From: Candidatus Hermodarchaeota archaeon
Lineage (GTDB): Archaea; Asgardarchaeota; Lokiarchaeia; Sigyniarchaeales; SOKP01
Length of the DNA: 64,000 nucleotides
Reading direction: 5' to 3'
NCBI GenBank assembly: GCA_048885525.1
Contig: JBHLLP010000007.1
Location: forward strand, 1-64,000
Every line of letters begins with the position of its first letter. The stretch's first letter is position 1. A program made the translations under genes and the position numbers. Below, piece after piece: positions 49,472 to 61,127 of the stretch. The notes beneath the pieces are model-generated. The model saw only the letters and a list, made by a program, of their open reading frames with translations, did not search any database and was not told the origin of the DNA.

Positions 49472-52375
49472 ATGACAGAAACTAAAGAAAATGTGAATAT
49501 AAAACTTGGTGGAATGACATGTGCAAACTGTGCATTAAAAATCGAAACAAAGTTGAATACTCTTGAGGGTGTTAACACTGCAGTGGTCAACTTTGCTAAT
49601 GAGGAAGCAACAGTAGAATATGATCCAAAAACAACTGATTTCACAGCTTTTAAAGAAGCAATTCGAGATCTTGGATATAAAGCTACCTTAGCTAAAATTG
49701 ACTTGAAAATAATGGATGCAGTCACAGAAAGTGATTTTGAGGAATTTATCGATAAAATAAAGAATATCAAGGGAATTTATGATGTAAGAGGCAATTATAA
49801 AGCTTCTAAGATGTTTATTGAATTCAATGAATTGATAATTGATGAAAATGGAGTTTATTCAAAAATAAAGCAATTGGGTTATCATATCGAAAAATCTGCT
49901 GGGGTAATGGATATGGAGATCATAAAACATAAAAAAGAAATGCGCTATCGCTTACGTATAATGTTAATCTCCCTTATGTTTTCATTGATAATCACACCAA
50001 TTAGTTGGTTTTTAGTAGAATCTTCTGAAAAAAATTTGATTCTTTTCTTTTTTGCCATGGGTAACTACCTTATTTGTAGCTCATTTTTTATCAAAGGGGC
50101 CTATAAATCAATAAAAAATAAATCTACAAATATGGATGTATTAGTTACATTAGGAACAACTACAGCTTTGGTTTATTCAATTTTAGCAACCTTTTTCATT
50201 CAAGGAAAGACATTTTATGAGGCAATGAGTATGATTACTACTTTTTTACTAATAGGGAAGTATCTTGAGCACAAAACTAAAGGTCAAACCTCTGAAGCTA
50301 TAAAAAAATTAATAGGTTTACAACCAAAAACTGCTACTTTGTTGAAAGATGGTACCGAAATTGAAATTCCTATTGAAGAAATAGAAGTTGGCGATGTTAT
50401 TGTAGTGAGACCAGGTGAAAAAATACCGGTTGATGGCAAAGTCATCGATGGTAAAACTAAAGTTGATGAATCAATGATTACTGGTGAGAGTAAATATGTT
50501 AAGAAAGGAGTAAATAGTGAAGTAATTGGCGCTACAGTGAATCAAACAGGACTTATTCATATAGAAACCGAAAAAATCGGAAAAGATACATTACTTTTTC
50601 AAATCATTGATTTTGTAAAACAAGCTCAAGGTCGAAAAGCTGCCAAACAAAAATTAGCTGATACAGTAAGTAATTATTTTGTACCTGCTGTGATTCTTAT
50701 AGCAATTTCTGCATTTATATATTGGTTCTTTATTGGTACTACTATATATCCTCCACCAATGGGGATGACAACACTTGAGTTTTCACTTCAAGTGTTTACC
50801 GCAATAGTTGTTATTGCTTGTCCATGTGCTCTCGGATTAGCTATCCCTACAGCTGTAATGGTTGGAACTGGTAAGGGTGCTGAAAATGGACTGCTTATCA
50901 AAGGAGGAGACTCATTAGAATCAATTAACAATGTGAATACCATTGTATTTGATAAGACTGGAACATTAACAGTAGGAAAACCAAAAGTATCAATAATTTT
51001 TTCTGAATCTGAATTGAAAGGATTAGGATATAATGAAGAACAAATGTTATTTTTTGCTGGAAGTGCTGAACTAGGTTCTGAACACCCTCTTGGTAGAGCT
51101 ATTATTGAGGAAGCAAACCAAAGAGGAATTTCACTCAAAACTCCTATAGAATTTGATGCAGTTCCAGGTAAAGGTCTAAAATCTTTAATAGAAGGGACAC
51201 AGATTCTAATCGGAAACGAAAAATTAATGGATGAATATAAATTAATCATTGAGGAAGATTATCAGAATAAATTTCACGAACTTCAGAAACAAGGAATTAC
51301 AACAATACTCGTGGGTATTGAAAATCAAGTTAAGGGTATTATAGGTATCTCAGATAAAGTTAAAGAACAAGCACCTTACGCGCTAAATAAGTTAAGAGAA
51401 AATGGAATTGATATATATATGATTACTGGAGATAATATGCAAACTGCCCTTAGCATTGGAAACCAATTAAAAATCGATAAAGAACACATATTAGCCGAAG
51501 TATTACCAAATGATAAGGCATTAAACGTAGAAAAACTTCAACATTCTGGAAAAAATAGAATAGTTGCAATGGTTGGTGATGGAATTAATGATGCTCCTGC
51601 TTTAGCCCAAGCTGATGTTGGAATAGCAATTGGTTCGGGCACTGATGTTGCAATAGAAACTGCAGATATAGTCTTAATGCGAGGAGATTTAAGAAATGTT
51701 GTATCAGCAATCAATCTTTCGAAAAAAACATATAAAAAAATGATAACAAATCTATTTTGGGCATTTATTTATAATTTGTTAGGGATTCCTCTTGCAGCTG
51801 GTGTTATATATGGATTTACTGGATTTCTATTACCCCCATATATGGCGGCAGTATTTATGGCAACTAGTTCTGTATCCGTAGTAACTAACGCTTTATTCCT
51901 TAAAAGATATGAACCAAAAACTCCTCAACAAATTGAGGAAGAAAGATTATTAATCTCTCAAGAAAAAGTAAGAGATCCAGTATGTGGAATGGAAATTGAT
52001 CCTAGAAAGGCAATTGAATATGAATATAAAGGTAAAATTTATCACTTTTGCAGTCCAAATTGTGAAATTCATTTTAAACGAGATCCTGAAAGATTTAAAA
52101 ATTATGATGCAATGAATCCCAAACTTATGCAATTAAAAAGTCCTGAAGAAGGTAAAAAAGAAGAAATTGAAAATAACAAAATACAGAAAAAAGAGGAGGT
52201 AAAAAAAATGGGAAAATTAAAATGTGTGGAATGTGGATTAGAGCAAGATCTTCCAATGCATTGTGGTCAAGCAATGCATAAAGAAGGTAATCAATTAGTT
52301 TGTTGGATGGGAGCTAGTTGTGGAGCTCAACCAATTCCAGAACATCATGGTAAACAAATGGAAGTTATAGAATAA
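49472..52375 (+). CDS. copA: Cu(I)-translocating P1B ATPase with N-terminal HMA, C-terminal YHS and Cys/His-rich tail
   Basis: [39 protein letters not shown]; DPVCGM...FCS. Confidence 0.95.
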   Translation: MTETKENVNIKLGGMTCANCALKIETKLNTLEGVNTAVVNFANEEATVEYDPKTTDFTAFKEAIRDLGYKATLAKIDLKIMDAVTESDFEEFIDKIKNIKGIYDVRGNYKASKMFIEFNELIIDENGVYSKIKQLGYHIEKSAGVMDMEIIKHKKEMRYRLRIMLISLMFSLIITPISWFLVESSEKNLILFFFAMGNYLICSSFFIKGAYKSIKNKSTNMDVLVTLGTTTALVYSILATFFIQGKTFYEAMSMITTFLLIGKYLEHKTKGQTSEAIKKLIGLQPKTATLLKDGTEIEIPIEEIEVGDVIVVRPGEKIPVDGKVIDGKTKVDESMITGESKYVKKGVNSEVIGATVNQTGLIHIETEKIGKDTLLFQIIDFVKQAQGRKAAKQKLADTVSNYFVPAVILIAISAFIYWFFIGTTIYPPPMGMTTLEFSLQVFTAIVVIACPCALGLAIPTAVMVGTGKGAENGLLIKGGDSLESINNVNTIVFDKTGTLTVGKPKVSIIFSESELKGLGYNEEQMLFFAGSAELGSEHPLGRAIIEEANQRGISLKTPIEFDAVPGKGLKSLIEGTQILIGNEKLMDEYKLIIEEDYQNKFHELQKQGITTILVGIENQVKGIIGISDKVKEQAPYALNKLRENGIDIYMITGDNMQTALSIGNQLKIDKEHILAEVLPNDKALNVEKLQHSGKNRIVAMVGDGINDAPALAQADVGIAIGSGTDVAIETADIVLMRGDLRNVVSAINLSKKTYKKMITNLFWAFIYNLLGIPLAAGVIYGFTGFLLPPYMAAVFMATSSVSVVTNALFLKRYEPKTPQQIEEERLLISQEKVRDPVCGMEIDPRKAIEYEYKGKIYHFCSPNCEIHFKRDPERFKNYDAMNPKLMQLKSPEEGKKEEIENNKIQKKEEVKKMGKLKCVECGLEQDLPMHCGQAMHKEGNQLVCWMGASCGAQPIPEHHGKQMEVIE

Positions 52376-52394
52376 AACCGTAATAAAAAACGGA

Positions 52395-52586
52395 GTGAAT
52401 ATTGATAAATTGAAATTGAATTGTTGTATTTGCGGGAATTTAATGCAAACACTTCCCAATAGTAGCCAAGATATTATTATTGATGATGAGACGGGTGAAA
52501 TATTATATTGGAACGGAGAAAAATGTGGTTACAGACCAATTGATTGTTTTGTCTGTGAGAAGTGTCAAGCAAAAGAGTGTTTATAA
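52395..52586 (+). CDS. Small Cys-rich protein
   Basis: 63 aa; CCICG...CG...CFVCEKC...C; follows copA. Confidence 0.7.
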   Translation: MNIDKLKLNCCICGNLMQTLPNSSQDIIIDDETGEILYWNGEKCGYRPIDCFVCEKCQAKECL

Positions 52587-52679
52587 ATTTTTTTTTAATT
52601 TTTTTTTTCATAAATAACAATTATTAAAGCAAACTCTACTTATTTAAGCTCAAGTATATAATGAATAACTTGATGCATA

Positions 52680-53678
52680 ATGAAATATTATTCAAATATT
52701 TTAAAATTAATTGGTAGGACCCCTTTAGTTAGGATTAATAAAAGTAATCCGAATCCAAATGTGTTAATGTTAGCAAAATTAGAGAAATATAATCCCTCTG
52801 GGTCTGTTAAAGACAGAATAGCAATTTCAATGATAGAAGAAGCCGAGAAAGAGGGAATATTAACACCAGAAAAAGTTATAATTGAACCAACTAGTGGAAA
52901 TACGGGAATAGGGTTATCTTTAGTTTGTGCAGCAAAAGGTTACCCATTAGAAATAGTTATGCCTGAAACAATGTCAGTAGAAAGGCGTAAAATTATGACT
53001 GCTTATGGTGCGAAAATAACATTAACTCCAGGAGATAAAGGAATGGATGGAACTCAAGATTATGTGGAAGAAGTGGTAAAAAAAAATTCAGATAGATATT
53101 TCTTTCCTAATCAATATGCCAATAAGAATAATCCTTTAGCCCATTATAGATATACAGCTGAAGAAATTATAGACGATACAGATGGAGAAATAGATGTGTT
53201 TATAGCAGGATTAGGTACTTCAGGTACATTAATGGGTGTATCTAAAAGATTAAAGGAATATAACCCTAAGGTTAAAATTATTGCAGTCGAACCTGAGAGT
53301 GAGACACCTATTCAAGGATTAAAGAATTTAGAGGTTTCATATGTACCCAAAATTTATGATGAATCTCTAATAGATGAGAAAGTTTATGTGAAAGAGGAAG
53401 ATGCTGAACATGCTTCTCGGATGCTTTCTCTGCAAGAAGGTATTTTTACAGGAATAAGTTCTGGTGCAGCAATGCATGTAGCAATAAACACTGCTATTAA
53501 GATGAAATCTGGAACCCTCGTTGTTCTTTTACCAGATGGAGGAGAAAAATATATTAGCCACCCAATTTTCTATCCAGAGAAATGTCTTGAATGTACAAAA
53601 AAATGTAAGATTATGACCTTATGGGATGATAAATATATTGCTTCGATTTCGGAATGGTGGCAAAGTAGAGATAAATAA
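52680..53678 (+). CDS. cysK: Cysteine synthase (PLP-dependent CysK/CysM family)
   Basis: IGRTPLV, NPSGSVKDR, PTSGNTG, GLGTSGT, GISSGA, PDGGEKY. Confidence 0.9.
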   Translation: MKYYSNILKLIGRTPLVRINKSNPNPNVLMLAKLEKYNPSGSVKDRIAISMIEEAEKEGILTPEKVIIEPTSGNTGIGLSLVCAAKGYPLEIVMPETMSVERRKIMTAYGAKITLTPGDKGMDGTQDYVEEVVKKNSDRYFFPNQYANKNNPLAHYRYTAEEIIDDTDGEIDVFIAGLGTSGTLMGVSKRLKEYNPKVKIIAVEPESETPIQGLKNLEVSYVPKIYDESLIDEKVYVKEEDAEHASRMLSLQEGIFTGISSGAAMHVAINTAIKMKSGTLVVLLPDGGEKYISHPIFYPEKCLECTKKCKIMTLWDDKYIASISEWWQSRDK

Positions 53679-53697
53679 ATCTATTATATTAGGTTTT

Positions 53698-54996
53698 TTA
53701 TTCTCCTTTTTTTTTCAATTTCAGCCATAATTCTAAAAATACAAAAATTAATAGACCAATTAGACATAATAAAGCACCAATTAAGAAAGATATTTGATAT
53801 GCAAATACTTTACTCTTACCTTGACTTATTAAGAAATCAATCAATGGTCCAGATATAAGTGTTGAAGCTGTTCCCCATGATAGAAAGAAAGTTGTATTAT
53901 ATACAGCAAATAGTTTTGCTCGTATTTTTACTGGGATAAGTATCGATGCAATAGCATAAGAAGCAGCATATATTATAACTTCAGCTGCACCTAATAAAAA
54001 ACCTCCAAGAAACATAAAGCCTAAGACGTCTGCTAATGCTGTTATTATTAAGGCAATAATCCCTATAGAAGTTCCTAATATTAGCGCCCTAGCATATCCT
54101 ATTTTTTTACTCAAAAATCCTGCTGTAAATCCTATCATCATTAATGCAACTGAGCGTGTATTAGTTATAAAACTCAACATAATACTATCTACATTAAATC
54201 CTGAATCTAAAGAAAGGTATTGAGAATAGGGTACAGCTATGCTATTTCTCCCAAAATTAATAAAAATTAATGCTATAATAAATACAATAAATTTTATTAT
54301 GTTATCTCCATTTTTTGTTTCTACTTTTGATAAGTTCTCCTTATTCTGTAAATCTGTATCAATTCCACCTTCTGGTGTAAAAAACATTGGTATCGTTGAA
54401 ATAAACATTACAAAAGAAGCTACAATAAAAAGGGGTCCGTTTCTAAATCCATAACCTGAATCATATAAAAATCCACCAATGAAAATCCCAATAATACGCC
54501 CTAAACCACCAAGACTAGTTAATTGTCCCATAATTTTACTTCTTTTTTCAGAGGGATATAAATCACTAATCAAGGCACTCCAACCTATATTAGACATCGA
54601 CCAAAACATTTCAATGAGACTAAGGCCTATTATAATCACCCATCCAGCTATTAGAAAATTATTAAAAATAGAATGAACACCCCAAACAGTAATAGTACCT
54701 ATTCCCGCTAAAATTTCTCCACAAATTATTAGAGTTCTTCGACGCTGGAATTTATCACTTATCGGTCCCCAAACAAAATTCTGAAATATGACACTTATAA
54801 ACATGGGAATACTGGCATAGAGTGATGTCATTGTAACAGATAAATTTAAGAATTCTCTCATATAGATCGATAAAAAGGTATAGAAAAGTCCTCTTCTAAA
54901 CATGGCTAACATTTGAAATGATGACAATCCAGAAAAGATTCTTAATGATGTTTTAGACGATTCGTTTTCAAGCAATTTTACCATAATAACGGTCAA
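53698..54996 (-). CDS. MFS transporter
   Basis: 12 TM, WGPISDKFQRRR motif A. Confidence 0.9.
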   Translation of the reverse strand: MTVIMVKLLENESSKTSLRIFSGLSSFQMLAMFRRGLFYTFLSIYMREFLNLSVTMTSLYASIPMFISVIFQNFVWGPISDKFQRRRTLIICGEILAGIGTITVWGVHSIFNNFLIAGWVIIIGLSLIEMFWSMSNIGWSALISDLYPSEKRSKIMGQLTSLGGLGRIIGIFIGGFLYDSGYGFRNGPLFIVASFVMFISTIPMFFTPEGGIDTDLQNKENLSKVETKNGDNIIKFIVFIIALIFINFGRNSIAVPYSQYLSLDSGFNVDSIMLSFITNTRSVALMMIGFTAGFLSKKIGYARALILGTSIGIIALIITALADVLGFMFLGGFLLGAAEVIIYAASYAIASILIPVKIRAKLFAVYNTTFFLSWGTASTLISGPLIDFLISQGKSKVFAYQISFLIGALLCLIGLLIFVFLELWLKLKKKGE

Positions 54997-55131
54997 TATA
55001 TATTTATATGTAATTAAAAGAAATGCTTTTTCTAAACTTTTCTAAAGATTTAAACTTAGAGTAAATTTTTTTGGCAATTCAGATGAAATATTTTAAAAAG
55101 TAAAGGAATAAAGCAATGCATTTAGGATTTT

Positions 55132-57609
55132 TTAGGGTTTTAAAGAATTAGGTTTTTCGATTGCCTTAATCCAAGTATCTAACTGCTTTAATAATTTCTG
55201 TGTATTAGGTATCTGACTTACCTGTTCGGAATATAAGGGATAATATTTGTATAAGTTATTTAACATTTCTAGTAAAGATTTTTGACTTTTTGTGTGATTT
55301 GGCATGTCTTTTTTTAATTGAAAGAGATTTCTTTTTTCTCTCTTCGATTTTAGGGCTTTTATTAAGTTTTTAACAACAATTATTCTAAAAGTGGAATATT
55401 CCTCAGGTCTAAAATGTGCTAAGGAAAAATTCATACTGTCATCAGAAAAAGGAAAAAATATAATTTTCTTATCCTCCGGTTCCTCTGGATTGTCAATTAA
55501 TGAAAATTCTAGGTCTGAATTACTTATTTTTTCTAAAATTAGATAGAATTCACCAGGAGTAACTTTAGTAACACGTTCAATTTGATTTGAAATTTCAGAA
55601 ATAGGAAAATTAAATTCTGGTGTTTTTTCAGGATTCTCTAATCTATAAAGATATTCTTTTTTAATTATTTGCATAATTTGGTTTTCTATATCTTTAGCAC
55701 GTCCTTCTGAAGTAAAAGAAATTTGAGTTTCCTTTAATTTTTTTTTAAGTTTTTCTTTATCTCTTTGTTTTTTATTATAATCAGAAGCTAAAGATGAAAT
55801 AAAACTATCAGTAGGTCGATCAGTTGTTTCACCTTTAATTAATCTACTAGTTTTACTCTTCTTCTCTACAGCTGTTTCATATAATCTTTCACTTAAGTAC
55901 CTCCTAGCTTTCTGTTGAGCCACATATTTTTTCTCAAAACGTTCAGTTACCGAAACAAAATCAATTATTTTCACACGCTTGCCTAGATCTTGTTTTTCTT
56001 CCCTTATTACAATATCCATGTCTTTCTTTACTAATTTATCCAACCTATCATAAACATTTCTTTTTGATAATTGAGTTGCTTTTATAAGCTCCCGTTCAAT
56101 TATGTTAATTGGGTAAGCTTCACCCCTTCTGATATATTCATTCCTTATTATTTTATAAATCTTATCCATGTTTCTCTCTTCTTCACTAACGGTCTCTTTC
56201 TGTAATCTCATAAACATCGAGGTTTCGTGAGGCTTTATATAATATACTAATAATGTGCTGCCTAGGAAAAAGATCATAAGCACTGATATAATATATTTAT
56301 CCCACATTAAAATTACACCAATATCAGATATTATCTGATTTGGTATTTCACTTGCTAGAGAGAAACGTGTCAATGTTTGAGCAAATACACAAGCTAGACA
56401 TAATAAAATTAAGCCATCTTTTTTGAAGATAAAAATACGCCAACCAAGGGTTTTACCTAATTTCTTAACTATTCGATACAAAAAATACATTGATATGATG
56501 AATTCGAATACAAAAATGTATGAAACACCGGAGACTGTTGCGCCAGTTTTTGATTTGAAAGCAGAAATAGTCTCATCTTGAAGCAGCATATAAATACTAA
56601 TTTGCAAAATTTGAAAGAAAAAAATAAAGAAAATAATCAACGCAAAAGTTAAATTATCAAAAGTACCTGCTCTTTTAGTTTCAGCTCTTCTTCTTGTAGA
56701 CACATATTCAAAGATAATGAATACTAATGTCATTACTAAACTAAAATATATTAAAGGCATGATCCTTCTCATTTCTAAATTATATACTGCAACAGCACTG
56801 CTCGGATCACTATCTCCAAAAAAATCTAAAGATAACCATACCAAGAAACTCCTATAAAATAAAGAAATTACTACAAGCACACCAAGTATTATAAAAGGAA
56901 TTATAATTGCCAAAAGATATCTAGGAATTGAATACTTTTTAATAAATCTTGCTTCTATTTTAGTTGAGAATTTTCTTGAATAAATATAAAATCTACTACT
57001 CAATAAGACCAACCAAATCATCGCTAGAGTCAATAAATAGCTTATTAAGTTGAAAGTTGTGCCAATATATAGAAAGAGAATAAAAATTAATACGATAAGC
57101 CCACAATATATTACCAATTGTTTAATAGCATGATTTTTTTCAAAAATGAAGATTCTAACTTTATCAATACTGAGTAATATGGATAAAATTAGAAAAAAAG
57201 CCACTAACGTATTTGAAAATGCAAAAGGATTTCCAAACGTTATGAAATTAACCCATTGCCCTGGAAAGTTAATTGCTACAATTAAAACTAAAGAATATAT
57301 AATAAATAGTGCATATAATCCAAAAAACCTTTTTTCGAAACTATATGATTTTGGTTCGTTTCCATCAATATAAACTTCTTGATGGACTATCTTATCATAA
57401 AAACTAGTTTTAAGTTTGGATTTTAAAGCATTGAGTTTCATTCCTTGTCTTGAGGAAAACTTATTAACCTTATGCTTAACACCTCTTTTTCCCAGTTTTG
57501 AGGTTTTCGGAAGTTTTAATGATTTAAATTTATCTTTCTTTTTCTTAGTTACTGTTTTATCTTCAGACATGTTTGACTTTTTTGAAGAATTAGAATGCTC
57601 GTCAGACAT
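55132..57609 (-). CDS. Large polytopic membrane protein (about 10 TM) with cytoplasmic C-terminal, possibly winged-helix, domains
   Basis: Basic N-tail, TM block at about aa 95-460, soluble region of about 360 aa. Confidence 0.8.
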   Translation of the reverse strand: MSDEHSNSSKKSNMSEDKTVTKKKKDKFKSLKLPKTSKLGKRGVKHKVNKFSSRQGMKLNALKSKLKTSFYDKIVHQEVYIDGNEPKSYSFEKRFFGLYALFIIYSLVLIVAINFPGQWVNFITFGNPFAFSNTLVAFFLILSILLSIDKVRIFIFEKNHAIKQLVIYCGLIVLIFILFLYIGTTFNLISYLLTLAMIWLVLLSSRFYIYSRKFSTKIEARFIKKYSIPRYLLAIIIPFIILGVLVVISLFYRSFLVWLSLDFFGDSDPSSAVAVYNLEMRRIMPLIYFSLVMTLVFIIFEYVSTRRRAETKRAGTFDNLTFALIIFFIFFFQILQISIYMLLQDETISAFKSKTGATVSGVSYIFVFEFIISMYFLYRIVKKLGKTLGWRIFIFKKDGLILLCLACVFAQTLTRFSLASEIPNQIISDIGVILMWDKYIISVLMIFFLGSTLLVYYIKPHETSMFMRLQKETVSEEERNMDKIYKIIRNEYIRRGEAYPINIIERELIKATQLSKRNVYDRLDKLVKKDMDIVIREEKQDLGKRVKIIDFVSVTERFEKKYVAQQKARRYLSERLYETAVEKKSKTSRLIKGETTDRPTDSFISSLASDYNKKQRDKEKLKKKLKETQISFTSEGRAKDIENQIMQIIKKEYLYRLENPEKTPEFNFPISEISNQIERVTKVTPGEFYLILEKISNSDLEFSLIDNPEEPEDKKIIFFPFSDDSMNFSLAHFRPEEYSTFRIIVVKNLIKALKSKREKRNLFQLKKDMPNHTKSQKSLLEMLNNLYKYYPLYSEQVSQIPNTQKLLKQLDTWIKAIEKPNSLKP

Positions 57610-57686
57610 TTTTTTAATAAAAAATTATTATAATTATATGTGTATATGAGAACTTTTAAAATTTCATAAAAGAAGAGGTTGTATTT

Positions 57687-57899
57687 ATAACAACAATTAA
57701 ACTTAACATAATATCTCCAGTTTGTAGAACCGATAAAATATTGATATTTCCAACATCTCCTATTTTAGAAGGAAAAGAAAAATTAACATCCATTTTTATT
57801 CATAAAGGCTTGGTATTTAATCATCAATTTCAATTTTTAATAGATAAGGAATTTAAAATTCAAAGATATCAGATTATAGACCAAAATGAAATTGATTAA
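57687..57899 (+). pseudogene. Degenerate or ATA-initiated 70-codon ORF resembling a CPxC...CxH zinc-binding small protein
   Basis: GAGGT SD at 57675-57679, then ATA; ITTIKLNIISPVC...LTSIFIHKGLVFNHQFQFLIDKEFKIQRYQIID; no ATG in frame. Confidence 0.45.
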
Positions 57900-57987
57900 A
57901 TTAATATTTATTATAATTCAATTTCTAAATGTAAATTTTAAAAATATTCGGATATAAAATTAAATATAGTCATTACACTTTGTTACT

Positions 57988-58272
57988 TTGAATATGGAAA
58001 ATAAACAATTAGAAAGCAGAGAAAGTCTGATTAGGTTAGTAAAGAAAGCTATTGAATTACTTTGTGAAAAAAATATCTCAAATGTTGTTATTCTCTCATC
58101 TTATAAAATTAATTCTGTTTTGAAAGAAAGTTACGGAGTCGATATCAAGGTTGACAAAATCGGTCGAATTTTAAGCAAAGTTGCTAAATTAAATGAATTG
58201 AAAAGGCTCAGTACGAATATTCCTAAATATAAGTTACAAATTTCAAAAGTTTCGAGTTTGCAGTTCTTTTAA
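57988..58272 (+). CDS. Small basic hypothetical (HTH-like) protein
   Basis: 94-aa ORF, TTG/ATG start. Confidence 0.65.
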   Translation: MNMENKQLESRESLIRLVKKAIELLCEKNISNVVILSSYKINSVLKESYGVDIKVDKIGRILSKVAKLNELKRLSTNIPKYKLQISKVSSLQFF

Positions 58273-58274
58273 AC

Positions 58275-59654
58275 TTATTTTTGAGTTAAATTTCGAAATT
58301 CAGTAATAGTCTTTTGGAGCTTTTCTAATAAATCCTTTACTTGACTGTTGAATTCTTTTAATGGAATCATTTCAGTGTTCAATTTTTCAATCTTCTCATC
58401 AATTTTTGACTGGAATGGTGCTATTGAATTCTTTATCTTCTTTTCTATACCTTGAGATAAATAATTTAGTCGATCATCCATATTTGTTATATAAGATTTG
58501 AGATTTTCCATTTTTTCTTCGAATTCTGAATTTACTTGAAAACTGTTTTCAACTTTTCCCTTCAATAAATATATTAAATTTTCAAGTTTAGTTTTAATTT
58601 CTAGGAAATTATCACCAATGAGATTTTTTAAATTACTTAAAAGTTCATTTTTGGTATCGGAAACACTTTTTGTGAGTTCTTTATTGCGAAGAACACGTGA
58701 GTTGACATAATTAAAAACACTCTTTTTAAACTCATTTGCTGTATCATTCAAAGTCTTATTAAACCAATTATCTACTTTAATTAGCCCCAATGATATCGCT
58801 TCATTCATTTTATTCACTGCTTTATTTATATATTCAGATCCTTTAGAAGTTCCTTGATCTATGTCTTTAATCCATTCTCCCATTTGATTTTTGGTTATCG
58901 CTATAAGCATTTCGGAGAGTTTCTCTGTTCCATCTTGAAAACCTGAATCTAGGGATGTCAAATCTAGAATTTTATCAAGTTCTCCTTCAATAGTCTGGGT
59001 ATCTTCAGAGATTGGGATTTCTTGTAAATCACTTGGAATTGGTTCAACAAATTCATTTATTTCTTTAATAAGAATTGGATTCCTTTTCTGAAAGTCTTCT
59101 GAGAATTTTTGAATCCATTTAAAATACTCTAATGAATTAGGTATTTCAACTTCAAAAGGTACAATATGATATTCGTCAGGTTTCATATAGGCATCTAATC
59201 TAAAAGCTTCAAATCCCAGACCTCCATCTTTGCCCATTAGTGTATGATCAAATACTATACAAAAACCATTTGGAAAATTTTCATTTTGAAAGTATTGAAT
59301 ATTCTTTAAATCACTTTCTGAGAGATATAACCCCCAGGAAGGATGAGAATGGTAATATCCTATTAACTCTGTTGAGTATTTTTTCCCAATCTGAGTAAGT
59401 AATTCATATATATCTTTATCGAATCCAATTTCTACTTTATCTCCATGAATTAGGGGTATCGCATTTTCCATAATGAGTTTATCAGTAGATGAATCATATT
59501 TTCCAATGCAGACTCCCAATACTTCGATACTTTTTTCTAATGCGTTATTACCAAAACGTAAAACATGAGTAAGCATATTTCTGAAAGCTTCTTTTTTAAT
59601 GAAAATATCTTTTTCTTTCTGATTTGATTTTTCCTTTGGTTGATTTTCATTCAA
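58275..59654 (-). CDS. JAMM/MPN+ metalloprotease with long C-terminal coiled coil
   Basis: EVLGVCIG, GYYHSHPSWGLYLSESD (HxHx7Sx2D). Confidence 0.9.
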   Translation of the reverse strand: MNENQPKEKSNQKEKDIFIKKEAFRNMLTHVLRFGNNALEKSIEVLGVCIGKYDSSTDKLIMENAIPLIHGDKVEIGFDKDIYELLTQIGKKYSTELIGYYHSHPSWGLYLSESDLKNIQYFQNENFPNGFCIVFDHTLMGKDGGLGFEAFRLDAYMKPDEYHIVPFEVEIPNSLEYFKWIQKFSEDFQKRNPILIKEINEFVEPIPSDLQEIPISEDTQTIEGELDKILDLTSLDSGFQDGTEKLSEMLIAITKNQMGEWIKDIDQGTSKGSEYINKAVNKMNEAISLGLIKVDNWFNKTLNDTANEFKKSVFNYVNSRVLRNKELTKSVSDTKNELLSNLKNLIGDNFLEIKTKLENLIYLLKGKVENSFQVNSEFEEKMENLKSYITNMDDRLNYLSQGIEKKIKNSIAPFQSKIDEKIEKLNTEMIPLKEFNSQVKDLLEKLQKTITEFRNLTQK

Positions 59655-59660
59655 TTATTC

Positions 59661-61127
59661 TTATCCCTCTTTTTTATCTAATTTTTCTATCTTATCTAAT
59701 AGCTCTTGATTTTTGCTTTTTAATTCTGCAATGGTTTTTTGAAGATTTTTAATTTCAATTTCTTGTGTGTCTAATTTATGCTTCAGCGGTGTTTTTGAGT
59801 TCTCTAATAAAATTATAGCAGCCTTTAAATCTGATAGAAAATTTTTAGCTTCTTTATTTTGATTGATAAAATTTCCAATAACCTTATTGGTATTTTTTAT
59901 AAAATTACTGGACATTCCTTCCATACCGTTATTTAAAATCTCTATAATTTCGTTTTCCATTAAATTAAAATTCTCTACTAAACTTTTTAAAATAAGTTTT
60001 TGCTCATCCAAACTTTCAGAGAATTTTAGGGCTGTAGAATTTACTTCTGATAATTTAGTTATTTGTTCATTAAATTGAAGCACAAAATTATTAATACTTT
60101 TCAGTAGTTCTTCTTTTAGAATTAATTTGAATTGTTGATTGAGTTCAGACTCGATATCTTTAAAGATGCTTTTAAAAGATTCTTGATCTGAATCAAATTC
60201 CTCGAATTTATCATCAATGTACATATCTAATTCATTTAATTTTTCTTTTAATGAAAATTTATAATCTTTTTGTAGCTTAGAAATCCCTTCACTTAGTTTG
60301 TTTTTTATAGCAATCAAATCTTTTCTCAATAGTAAATTTTTCTCAACAATATTCCGGATCATATTTTCACTCCACGAATTAAGTAATAAGATTAGCGGTG
60401 CGACGGATAACTCCAAGAATTTTGTTAAGGCAGTATTGATTGTAGAGAGAATTCTAGTAGAGTCTAAATCAGGCTTCTTTGCTAAAATCTGACTTTCACT
60501 TGGAAATGTGATATCTCCAAACAAATCGGGCATTTCATTTATTTCTAATATGGGGGGTTCTTTAGAGTGAACACAATTTATTAATTCAATTAATTTTAAA
60601 TAATATTCAATACTATCTGGGGGCTCAATAATTGTTTTTACTTCATGATAACCAGACATTTGTCCTTTTGCTGGATTATCTAATCTAAAGGTACGAAATC
60701 CTAAATCCCCGGGAGTTTCTAGATGTGCGTGGTCGAAAACAATTCCAACCGCACTTGGATTAGGAGTTTGCCACCCTAATTGGTTTCTTATATCCGTAGA
60801 TGAGAAGAATATATCTAATCCGGGGTGAGAATGATACCATCCACAACTAAACCAACCTTTTTCTGAATACTCAGCATCCACCATAGAAAATGTTACATAA
60901 TCCTCTGGGGCAAAAGCAACTTCAATTGCACCCCCATGTGAAATAGGAATAGCATCTTCGATTATAACATCTCTAATTCCTTTCTTATCTGGTTCACCCT
61001 CTAGATGACCAATGATTATTCCCATTACTTCTTTATACTGCTTTCGATCTCTTGCTTTATTTCCAAACCGGAGGACATGTATAAGCATTTTATAATAAGC
61101 TTCTGATTTAATAATAACAAAGCTCAA
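59661..61127 (-). CDS. JAMM/MPN+ metalloprotease with long C-terminal coiled coil
   Basis: EVMGIIIG, GWYHSHPGLDIFFSSTD. Confidence 0.9.
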   Translation of the reverse strand: MSFVIIKSEAYYKMLIHVLRFGNKARDRKQYKEVMGIIIGHLEGEPDKKGIRDVIIEDAIPISHGGAIEVAFAPEDYVTFSMVDAEYSEKGWFSCGWYHSHPGLDIFFSSTDIRNQLGWQTPNPSAVGIVFDHAHLETPGDLGFRTFRLDNPAKGQMSGYHEVKTIIEPPDSIEYYLKLIELINCVHSKEPPILEINEMPDLFGDITFPSESQILAKKPDLDSTRILSTINTALTKFLELSVAPLILLLNSWSENMIRNIVEKNLLLRKDLIAIKNKLSEGISKLQKDYKFSLKEKLNELDMYIDDKFEEFDSDQESFKSIFKDIESELNQQFKLILKEELLKSINNFVLQFNEQITKLSEVNSTALKFSESLDEQKLILKSLVENFNLMENEIIEILNNGMEGMSSNFIKNTNKVIGNFINQNKEAKNFLSDLKAAIILLENSKTPLKHKLDTQEIEIKNLQKTIAELKSKNQELLDKIEKLDKKEG

